This document shows, piece by piece, positions 52,455 to 63,412 of a stretch of DNA of 64,000 nucleotides. The stretch spans positions 12,710,001 to 12,774,000 of the forward strand of contig JBHGNT010000006.1 in assembly GCA_043228905.1 (NCBI GenBank). Reading direction: 5' to 3'. Under the pieces are notes generated by a model. It was given only the letters and a program-made list of their open reading frames with translations, did not search any database and was not told the DNA's origin. The DNA is from Azolla caroliniana. Its lineage: Eukaryota > Plantae > Polypodiophyta. The stretch's first letter is position 1. The number at the start of each line of letters is the position of its first letter. The position numbers and the translations under genes are program-made.

Positions 52455-55026
52455 TTTCTTTTATTATATCTATTGTTGACTTCCTTAATCATCTGGCTTT
52501 TGTAAGTGTGAAGTCGTACACGATGATATCCACATCAGAGATATCAAGGGTCGAGGTGTTACGAATGTTTCGCTTCCTCTTCCTACCTCCCCTTCTTGTT
52601 GGGCATTCAATCATCTCCAATGTATACTTACCTGTAAAAGCATTTGCACTTCTAGTGTTGTACCAATGAACATTTATAGACTTGATCGTGTTTTCTATTT
52701 CATGCATTAGCACTTCTAGAATTTTACCAACCCAAAATTGGTGGCCATGTGAGTTCTCATCAGCCGGCGTTGCAATCAACATCCCCGCGGTGAGCCCTTG
52801 CAAATTGCCTTTCCATCTAGCTTCGGCTGCTTCGGTCATCCTTGGTCCCACATAAATGTCTCTTTGTTGTGGATGGACCAAGCTGTCATTAATCGCATTT
52901 ACTAGTTGCTCCGGAGTTCTATTTACGCGATCATGTTGCAGCGACCATGTGAATGGCGTTTCCAAATTCCAATTATCAACAGATACACAATTGTCTATAA
53001 TTTCTTTTTGATCACTATAAAATACATCCCACCATGACGTGTCTTGTTGTGCGGCATATTTCTTGGTGGCCTCAATATGCTTTCTTTTTTCTTCTAAGGC
53101 TTGGAGCCATGACCGTTTTTGTTCTGATACCAAGTCGCTCTGCAACTGTCCTTTCTTCTCAATTGGCATTTGCTTAGCTCCATGGACAATTGTACTCGGC
53201 ATACAAAGTAATAACTGGCAACCACCTTCAGGTTCCCATGTTGTAGAAGATGAATATTGTTTAGCATACAAAAGTGTAGAACCACTTATTCCATTTTTCT
53301 TTATCATAAAAATGTGATTGAAACTTATATTGTTTAATTGAGCAAGTACTTTAACATTCCCACCACCCTCATCTAATATATATCTCTTAAAGTCATATAC
53401 CTCCTTCAAGTGTAACACTTTTGGGCGTGGTGTATAAGCATCACAAATGACATCAAATAGTTTAGGTAAAGTGAAAGCATCATGCCGAGACAACTGTCTG
53501 GAGAATGTGCTAAACATCTGATCTATATGGTCATGTGTGTGGCCAACCAAAAGGAAATTGACTTTCACTTTCCTAAACAATTCTAGGTTGACCAACATAC
53601 TTAGATAGCCAAATACAATTGAATTTTTGTTCTCTCTAGCAGTATTGTCCAATTGAATGTATAGAACAGGGGGGAAAGGTTGGCCCCAAGACATCAAAAC
53701 TCGGTGAATCACTGTAACTGTTAGGTTAGGGTCATTGTGAACATTGGGGTAAGTAATGAAGACGTGAGGTCGAACAGACCTATTATAAGCCAAGCATCCC
53801 ACCAAGTGCATTTGAACAAGGCACTCATCATTGACATCTTTGGGGAGCCTCCGCATATGCGGCAAGCATGTCTTCTTCTGGTCCATGCCATCTATCATTA
53901 AGCACATGTATTGTTCGGGCCTCTTCAAACACTTCTCTCTATGATGCATCGCCTTCTTTCGTTCTAAGGATTGTGCCTCACGATGCTCTTGTAGTAACTT
54001 CTTACTCGTATCCTTTTCCATTGATGTCTTTGCACCTTTAGCCAAACTTTTAGGATTTGCACAAATGGAGCAATACCCCATACGTACTTTACGAGGAATA
54101 ATAACATTTGAAAACCGAGCTCTCCATAATCTTGTGAATTGGCTATAGGTGATAGACTTATTACGTGAGCCCAGCATATCAGATCGATAGACATCATAAA
54201 CTTCCCGACGTGTATAATTATTAGAAAGATGCATCCTACCTGTAGTGGGCATTACTTCACAATTTAACTGAAAGTAAGTTTTCATCCAACCAATAGCATG
54301 TCTTCCAATTGCACCTTTCATACTTGGAACCTCTTTACAATTGAGCATCTGATCCCCGCTAAGTAGACGTTGTTGTACTCTATGTAGCCGCATGTTACTA
54401 ACACATAACGCAATTTTGAATGCAACTCTACATATCTGTTGCGCATGGAAGATATAATACTCGAATGATACTTTGATCCCCGTACATTTGTCAGATACTA
54501 GTTGCATATGTGACCCGAGGTAAGTGTCTTGCTCATCACCGGTCATCGAAAAATAGTATCGCCTTAATTCTCGCAACTTTGATTTTCCAATCATAGACAT
54601 ACAACCACGGGCACAACATATTTTTTTGACATCAAATCCAATCTGTTTATCTGATGTCACCAAGCTAAATCTAGCCAGACGAATTCTTCGTGGGATTCTT
54701 CTAATATGCATAGGGCTCCCAGATTTCTCTTCCTACATAGAGGTTGGTGTAACCTTGTTACAGTCTAATTCTCTGTTGTGACCATCGCCAATGTTATTCA
54801 ATGTTTCCTGGGCACTACCTTCATTCTCCGTATCTTTATTAATATCGTATTCCTCAACAGAGAACTCTTCACATGTGTCATTATTTACATTCCCTGTAGA
54901 TGAGCTCAGACAATATTCTTCGATAGAATATGGTGAGTCCGTCGACAGACAATATTCTTCAATTGAATATGGTGACTCTGTTGACAAACAATATTCTTCA
55001 ATCGAGAACGGTGAATCTTCACTCAT
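52455..55026 (-). pseudogene. Sola-like DDD transposase (~855 codons) with two in-frame stops (54733-54735 and 52489-52491)
   Basis: ORFs 54733-55026 and 52489-54711 are in the same frame; Cys clusters (CCARGC, ICRVAF, CSIC); IDGMDQ, QLDNTARENKN, FLLVGHTHDHIDQMFS; reading continues LRKSTIDIIKK after the second stop. Confidence 0.8.
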
Positions 55027-55727
55027 GGCTTAAGATCTAGATAGGGCTCTCTAAGTTATGTGCTTAGGGTAAGGAAAAAAACTAATAAGCTCCGCTCTAA
55101 ACATATACTCCTCTCTAAATATAAACTTCTCTCTAAACAAAAGCCAAATCAATAGAATGTCTATATTATGTAATATTCTATTAATACAATACATCAAAAA
55201 ATTATTTTTAATAAAGTAATTGTACTTAAAATATCAATTATTATATAAACTACATCTATATGAAGTTAAATCAAGTATAATATAAAACTAATCATTAACA
55301 AGCCATGAATATGTTGGATTAATGTTAAAATCATTGGCTAATTAATGGCACCCATTTTGATATAGAATGTCTCACTCATTGGTTCTTTAATGCTCACCAT
55401 TTTAAGTATTAGACTTATCAATCATTGGTTAATTCATGCCAACATCTTTAATACACAGCATTTGAGAGTCATAAAAATTGTTGCTTTTAGTAATCAATCA
55501 TTGGTACATTCATGAACCTCTATCATTGTCTCCTTCATGACCGTTGAAGTCATTGCAGGATGTTATGACTATAAAAGATTGATCAATATGTTAGTTTGAC
55601 TTTGTAATCATTAATGCAATCATAAGTTACTCTAGTTAATGTGACTGTGGTTACCAACTAACTATCCTCAAACTTACCAACCTTGGTTAAGGTGACTATG
55701 GTTACTTTAACCAATGTGGTCAATCCC

Positions 55728-55735
55728 TATAAATA
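55728..55735 (+). promoter_or_regulatory. TATA box of the ParB-MTase gene
   Basis: CCTATAAATAG about 200 nt upstream of ATG 55933. Confidence 0.6.
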
Positions 55736-55761
55736 GGAAGACCTCGTCATATTTCACTCAC

Positions 55762-55887
55762 AAGAGCGTACAGAGCACACAGAACGTACAGAGCACACAG
55801 AGCACACAGAGCACACAGAGCACACAGAGCACACAGAGCACACAGAGCACACAGAGTACACAGAGCACACAGAGCACACAGAGTACA
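55762..55887 (+). repeat. 9-bp tandem repeat (ACAGAGCAC)n in the 5' UTR
   Basis: About 13 near-perfect units read directly. Confidence 0.9.
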
Positions 55888-55932
55888 AAGCACCAAAGCG
55901 CGATCTCCGCCTCCACTGCCACACGATCAACC

Positions 55933-58900
55933 ATGTCTTCAAAGAGAATCGAGCGCGAGGACTCTAGGTAGGCCTCTGACACTGTGGACATTTTTGTAAA
56001 TATGTTTCGTCGCTCAAGAACTCGATACGCCGTATCGAGTTCCTATATACAATACAAACTTTATACAGGAACTCGATACGGCATATCGAGTTCATAATTT
56101 GTTTTTGCTTTTTAAATGGGAACTCGATACGACGTATCGAGTTCCTATTTAAAACCTACACTTTAAACACGAACTCGATACGGCGTATCGAGTTCGTGTT
56201 TAAAACCTAAACATTAAACAGGAACTCGATACGTCGTATCGAGTTCGTGTTTAAATTCCAAACTTTAAACGGGAACTCGATACAGCGTATCGAGTTCCTG
56301 TTTAAAGTTTAGGTTTTAAACGGGAACTCGATACGGCGTATCGAGTTCTTGTTTAAAATCCAAACTTTAAACACGCCGTATCGAGTTCGTGTTTAAAAAG
56401 CAAAGAAAGCTAAGGAACTCAATACGGCGTATCGAGTTCCCGTTTAAAGTTTAGGATTTAAACAGGAACTCGATACGCCGTATCGAGTTCCTTTATAAAA
56501 GAAGGCTCTGAGAGAGAAAAATTGTGTTTTTGGGGTAACAATTAATTATTGTGTGGAAAAGATATCAAATTGTCTATCTAAAACAGTCTTTTTTATGTTG
56601 ACTTTCCTTACTTTTAAAAAAAAACATGCCCTAATTATAGGTGTTTTATGACCTACTTTAGCTTAAAATAGTAGAAAATGATCCACAAATTGCCTTTACG
56701 ATAGCAAATTCTCCTCAATATAGGTTTGGAATCTATATAAGTCATACCTACTCTTTAAAAGAATATATAACCCTGTTTACTTATTACAATATATATTTTC
56801 TAGGTTGAATAGCCCTGCCTAGAATAGATTTTTGCATATAGGACTGCTAGTGAGAACTGTTCTTCATGTTAATATTTATATTTTAATATACAACCTTAAT
56901 CTACGTGACCACCTAACTTATGTTTTTGCATATAATTTCTTAAATAGGTCGTTTGAGAACCTGTCGGACCAACCCGTGAAGAAAATAAAGCTTTGCATAC
57001 AGGGTTCTCCAATCGAAGCCCAGACCAAGGTACCTCCTGAGACCATGAAGAGAGGAAAAAAGCTTCTCTTCAACGAAGAGACAAAATCTCAGCCACATAT
57101 TGATGTTAGCCAAAAGAAACTTGTCGCCGCTACTGGAGGTGAAGACCTTCCTGACCGAGATCTAACGGACAAGGAATGGTGTATGCAATATGTCGACTCA
57201 AAGAAAAAAGTCGTATTGTATACAGCAAAGAAGAAGGGGGAGGGGCAGCTTGGAAAGGAAACCCCATTTATGTATGGCCGTATTCTACGATTTGACTACG
57301 AAGATGCAGATTCGGCCAACATACTGGTAATGATAGAGTGCTCCAAGGGGGTATGTAAAGTGTTCCTTTCAGAAGACCTTTTAGTAAAGGAATCTTGTGG
57401 GCCAGAAGCGTTCAAAAAAGATCTTGAAAGCTCACAAAACCTTATTGTTATCTTGAGGCCTTATATACAAGGCCATGTAACTCTAAGAGATGAAGTGCCC
57501 TCCCCATTGAAGGCCACAAAAAGGGTATCCAAAGTTCAGTCAAGACCACCAAAGAAGAAGACAACCAAAATGTCAGACACGGATTCAAAAAGTGAAAACG
57601 AAGAGGAGGATAATAAGGGGACGCCAGGAGCTGAGCTGGCCTCAGGTGTTTTGTCATCCGAGCAGAATAAGATAAGGAGAGAGTTAATGCAATGAAAACT
57701 GGTCAGGAAAGGGCAAGTGTTTAATTTTCCTATAACACACATCCATCGGCCCCCTATTGATGAAAAAACAGGTCGACGACCACTTGAGATTAGAGAGCCA
57801 CACCGCATGCATGTACAAAATCTCAAGAAAAAAATGAAAATTAATCCTCATGCCACTACGGTGCCTTTTATTGTTATGGTAGATCCTGAAGAATGTGAAA
57901 CCATTGAAGATTTTGATATTAGAAAGCATGATCAATATAATTATTTTGTCATTGGTGGATCGCTTGCAGCAGAGGCACGCCGGCAACTTGTGAGAGAACA
58001 TCCAACAACTTTCTTCTTCAAGTATGCCGAGTGCAAAATTTATGTTGGGCTCACAACCGAAGAGGCTAAGCTGTTGGCATGGGACCATAATAATGATAAT
58101 GACTATAGGCAGAAAATGTCGTCCATTGAGCGTATACGGTTCTTCCACCACGAGTATTTAGACGTGAAACAAAAGTTTGGTGTGAAGTTACATCCAGGCC
58201 TACGACGTCAATGTCTGCATGAAGTCGGCATTGTGGTAGATGATAATGTTAGGTCCGATGGTCTTCGAAAGTATGAGTCTTGGTTTCAATTGGCGTTTAG
58301 AGATGGAGAAGTATGGGACCTACAAGATCAAATCTTCTCAATGTGGGAGAATAAGGAGGTAAAGGGTCAACGAAAAAGAAATGTGAGGTTGACCCTCAAC
58401 TAGAGTTAAAGTCACAAGCCGCCAAGAAAATTGACTTGACAATTGAAGAAGCGGCAGACGACATGAAGCTATCTCTATGGAGAGCGATGCAAGGTATTAA
58501 GGACGAGCAGCTTCTTGTGTCTGTTTTGTCAAGGGTTGTGGCGAAAGATTTAAGCCTTGAAGAAATGGTCACTGAGTTCAATAAGTAAGGTCTTTCAAAT
58601 ACTGAAATTGTAGTCTATCTGGTGTAATTCAAAGTTCTAATCTTGATTTCTAATTTTATAGTCATAAGGTGTACATGAAGATCCAAGAAGTTATGATGAA
58701 ACAACTTGGATGTATAACTTGGGAACAAGTGACCGAGGATTATCCTCTAATGTCTTCATATAAGGCGTTATCAGAGTATTTTATTGCATTCAAGGATTGG
58801 GTTAGTATTCATGGTTTTTCATTACCCTTTCATCATATGTAGAGCTTGTATAATAATACCTGATGTCCTATTGCTTCTATCAGAAACCATGTCGAGGCAA

Positions 58901-60177
58901 GAAACAAGGAGAAGTTAAGGATATACACGATTTCCCTACATCCTTCCTTGCACATCTCGAGCGAGCCAGAAAAGAAAAGGATCGTCGCTTAATCAAGGTG
59001 TACGAAATGGAGGAAGATGGCTCCTTTAAAAAATTTAGCCACGAAAAAGATATTACAAGAGATCTTTACTACAATGTGGTTTGTGGTGATGTCGTCGACT
59101 TGATCCAAAAGGTGCCAAAGAAGGAATATATGCTAATGATTGCGGATATTCCTTACGGATTTCGAATGGCTGGGTCATCATACGACGATGAACTGTTTAG
59201 GTTTAAACAATTGGAGAAGATGGTCAAGGATTTCGCTGAACTAACGACCGCATCCTTGTAGCGAATAGTTGTCTTTCATAGTATGGACCAAGGGTACTCG
59301 GTAGCTCAAGCTTTGAGATCTCGTTGCCATGGCATCAAGAACCTTGCATGGTAAGGATTATTTATAGGTGTCTTTCACTATATTTCATTTCTTAAGGTTG
59401 TTGAATCTATTCTTAACTCGATGTATTATTTTTTATAGGATCAAGACCAATGTAAATAGAGGGCCAACTTTTCGTTTCGTTAATGCCATTGAATACATAA
59501 CGGTTGGCTACTTCGATGAAATTAAGAAACAGAGAATCAAGGAGCATTCTAATGAAGTGGGAGGTTCAAATCTGTTGGTATATCCAGCAGTGACACGGAA
59601 ATTGCGACATGTCACCACGACAGAACGAGGACTTGTCAACCCATACCAAAAACCTCAACGACTTATGATGCGCTTGATCGAGATGTTTTCTGTTGAAGGA
59701 GACTGGATATTAGATCTCTTTTCTGGCACAGGTATTCCTCGAACTAGGGTAACGATCTTGAGATAACCAATCCCTTTTTTTTTCGTTTGACAACTAAATC
59801 TTCTTGTTACTTACATCACAGGAACTACGTCTGCATGTGCATTGAAGCTTTTTAGAAATACAGTTGCATTGGAGAAGGATGAGGACCAAGTTATATTTAT
59901 TAATATGCGGATTAAGGCTTTGTGGGAGTGCCTAGACCAGGATGAGGAGGTCGGTGCAAAGAACCTCGCCAATACAGAAAGGTTTCAACCTGCTTCGCGA
60001 GAGCCTATTCCTCCGTTAGCCGGCGAACCGGGGGAGCTAATAGAGCTTGATGATGAGCTTATAGAAGATATTTCGTTGGCTCGGCTAACAGGGGAAACCA
60101 ATGCACGTATAGCCGAAGACAGTTCTACACAAGATGATGAAGAAAATGACGTTGATGAATTAATTGCTATGGAATAG
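55933..60177 (+). pseudogene. Six-exon gene (~975 aa): unknown N-terminus, ParB/Srx-like domain, beta-class N6A/N4C DNA methyltransferase, acidic tail. Exons 55933-55967, 56948-58584, 58662-58800, 58884-59350, 59439-59731, 59822-60177
   Basis: All five GT-AG introns are phase-consistent; VQNLKKKMK...PFIVMV...YFVIGGS..AEARRQL (ParB-like); IADIPYG (motif IV); W-IK..N; NPYQKP; ILDLFSGTG|TTSACALKLFRNTVALEKD (motif I); lesions TGA 57693, frameshift ~58380, TAG 59259. Confidence 0.85.
56018..56490. repeat. Array of ten 25-bp palindromes GAACTCGATACG-N-CGTATCGAGTTC at a 51-bp period
   Basis: Starts at 56018, 56069, 56120, 56171, 56222, 56273, 56324, a half copy ending 56388, 56415 and 56466; 26-bp AT-rich spacers. 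Confidence 0.95.
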
Positions 60178-61529
60178 ACTCTATGAAGAAAATGACACTG
60201 ACGATTTGTTAGGATTTCACATTATTTATACAAATTTTGGGTTTTACCTAGTGGATTCTATTCTTTATAATCTTCTATATGTTTCAATTTTATTTTTATA
60301 TACTTGGTTAGTAGATTTATGACATTGGTTTCACCGCGTGCATAACTGACTACCAAATTTATGGAGAAACATGAACTAGTTTAAATTGAGGCTGATTTTG
60401 GTCCAAGCTAACCTTAACAGAACATGGCCCAATAATTGTTGCCATGACTGTCCATGTTGTTATTATGGATCTTTGTCTTCTATTGTTAAAACTATTATGT
60501 TTCTATTCCATTGCTGCTTAGATTGTGTAGTGTGTTGATAATGGTTCCAGTTGCGTTATCGTTCGGAGTTTGATCCTGTGTGAATCACCTAAGCAATAGA
60601 GTAGATCAATTTTAAATACAGGTATGAAAGCCTAATAGGTTTGTTATTTCCACGACATTATCTTAAAGTTCACTGCCTTACATTGTCCACAATTATATAC
60701 ATATGGTTTGATCCCATATGAACAAACTGAGGAATAGATTAGATCAACTTTAAATACAAGTATTGAATACTTTAATAAGTTAGTTATTACAATCACTTAT
60801 CCTAATGTGCACTATCCTACATTTTCCACAATTACATACATGCACGTATGGGTCAAAGTATAAATTATAACTCATTTTATTAGTATGGATACAAGTACAC
60901 CTGATATTTTTGTAAAACTTACCTAATTAATATAAGTCTTTAACTTAGTGTTTCCCTTGTCGCACAGTAGTGACATATTGAGCCATAGTTGAACTTTATT
61001 ATGCCTACATTAACTTATCAACGTGTCTAAACTTGCATGATTTCTAATGATCTCCACTCGTAGATCTATCATGTATTTTTATATTTGCAAATTCTCATCA
61101 AGTTGAGGAACATTTGATACTAGTGCATCCAATTTTTGTAGAGAGGGTGTATTTGCTTCGTTTTAAGAAGATTCTACAAGTGGAATGCGCAATCCTTCCA
61201 CTTGTGAACGCGAACGTGTTCATCGGCCTTAGGAGCAATAGATTCAAACCCTTTAGACTCTGCAACATTAGAAAACACCAACATGTTCACACACACAAAG
61301 TAGCTAACAATCTCACAAAGCAACATAATGAACATGAAATATTTTGCAACAAAATAATAATATTATCTTAATATCTATCATAGAGTTCCATTACATAATG
61401 TGGATCAAGCAACAACCTATCTGAGGTTTTACTTGTCCAAATAGGCCATAGGCCATCTTCATAATTTTTTAGGAAAATAGCTAACAGTCATATCCCACTA
61501 ATCAGTAATTGGTAGTAATTAGCTCGAAT

Positions 61530-62296
61530 TCAAGAGCCCCTTGATCGAGTAACTGGTCTTGTCTCCGATCGTGGCCCTTTCGCCAACCTTTTTCTAGCCG
61601 GTTTCCCATTTAGCCTTGCTTCTTTGACCCATTGCGCAAGTGTGTCCTCCTCCGACAACCTTTCCATCGCCTCAGCGGCGTCTTGCACGTCAGTCGCGTC
61701 TTGCGCTAGCTTTTCAAGTACAATGGGATCAGGTGGGACATCATTAGTAGTTGGGCTCGGTGGGGTTGATTCAAGGTTTTGGGAGTCGAAGAAAGGTCGC
61801 ATCAAGTGTTCAAAAACACTGTTGTTATGAACCTTAGATTTACATGTTGTTTCCAATATTTCATGGCTTTTCACAACGTTGCCTAATTCAGTACAATATT
61901 CCAAAAGAATAGGGTCATAGGTAGAGCTGATCTGAAGGAGATGTGATAGCAGGGTGAAAGCATGCGAGTGGAAACAATTAGCTATGTCCTTGACATAGCT
62001 AATTAGCTATGCAAAAAGCTACCATTGATAAATAGTCATTTTTGCAAAAAGCTACCATTAATAAATTAGCTATGCAAAAAGCTACCATTGAAAATAGTAG
62101 AGAGTTTTAATTATATAAATGAGCACCATAAATGTGCAACATAAACGTGCAACATAAATTGATATGTGCACCATAATTTATATACCGAATTCCTAGGTCC
62201 ATTATGCATGATCCTTTGCCACATCGCGTGGGTCATCTTTGGTTGAGTATTCTGGCTTAGATTACTACCACTGCTGCTAAACCCTATTGAGTCCAC
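61530..62296 (-). CDS. Unknown spliced gene (exons ~62296-62186 and 61931-61530), convergent on the MTase gene; 5' end uncertain
   Basis: Phase-0 GT-AG intron joins ...GPRNS|ISSTYDPILLEYC...; C-terminal basic NLS-like KPARKRLAK...TRS. Confidence 0.5.
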
Positions 62297-63230
62297 TCCT
62301 CCATTGCCGCCATTCTACACTCAATTACCGACACTGAGTGGTCCAAGTATCATCTGCCACTGTTCAATCCGACGAAGTTCACTCCTCCATTGCCGCCATT
62401 CTACACTCAGTTGTTGCCACTGTTCAATCCAAGCATCATCTGCCGAGTTCACTCCTCCATTGCCGCCACTGTACACTCAGTTGCCGCTACTGTGAAGGTC
62501 GTATATTGCTGCCACTTTTCGATCCGACGGAGTTAACTCCTTCTCCACTGCTTCCATTCTACTTTAAGTTTACATCACTGTGCGTTCCAAGCATCATCTA
62601 CCATTGTTCGATCTGACGGAGTTCACTCCTCCATTGCCATCATTCTACACTCAGTTGCCGCTACTATTCAGTGACCGATCCTGGATTGCTGCCACTTTTC
62701 GATTTGATGGAGTTTAGATATCCATTGCCATCATTCTACACTTAATTGCCGCTACTATTTGGTTGTGTATTGCTACCACTTTTCGATCTGAGGGAGTTCA
62801 CTCCTTCTCCACTATCGCCATTGTACTCTCAATTGTCATCACTGTGCGTTCCAAGCATCATCTGCCACTATTCGATTTGACTGAGTTCACTCATCCATTG
62901 CCATCATTCTACACTTAGTTGCCACTACTGTTCGGTGGTGTATTGCTACCACTTTTCGATCAGAAGGAGTTCACTCCTTCTCCACTACTACCATTCTACT
63001 CTCAGTTGTCATCACTGTGCGTTCCAAGCACCATCTGCCACTGTTTGATCCGACGGAATTCACTCCTCCATTGCCATCATTCTACATTCAGTTGCCACCA
63101 TTGTTCGGTCCTGGATTGTCAAAATTGTTCGATCAAACGGAGTTCACTCCTCCACTACCGCCATTCTACACTCAGTTGCCCCCACTATTCGGCCCTAGAT
63201 TACCGCCATTGTTCGGTCTTGGATTTGAAT
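62290..63230. repeat. Complex minisatellite (GAGTTCACTCCTCCATTGCCGCCATTCTACACTCAGTTGCC core) with alternating unit types
   Basis: More than ten diverged copies read directly. Confidence 0.9.
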
Positions 63231-63412
63231 AACTATTCTGTCTATTGATTATCTTGTGTATTGTCTGTATAATCTTGTGTATTGCGGAATATTTTTGTGT
63301 ATAGTTGTTGCCCATAGCCATCTTTAATACGTGTCTTTTTTTCGGGAAAATTAGGGTTTAAACCCCTCAAGCCAAATGGAAGGGGAAGGAGGGTGTTTAG
63401 AATTACCCCTCA

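Noticed and set aside
55714-55991. (STQ)n and (CVL)n repeat ORFs
   Set aside because: A 9-bp tandem repeat; the listed ATG lies upstream of the TATA box, so ATG 55933 is the more plausible start.
56018-56490. True CRISPR array
   Set aside because: Spacers are homologous to one another, there are no cas genes, and the array lies in a spliceosomal intron of a eukaryotic gene.
55933-60177. Bacterial contamination or a restriction-modification system
   Set aside because: The gene has five phase-consistent GT-AG introns and a TATA box, is contiguous with plant TEs, and has no recognisable endonuclease partner.
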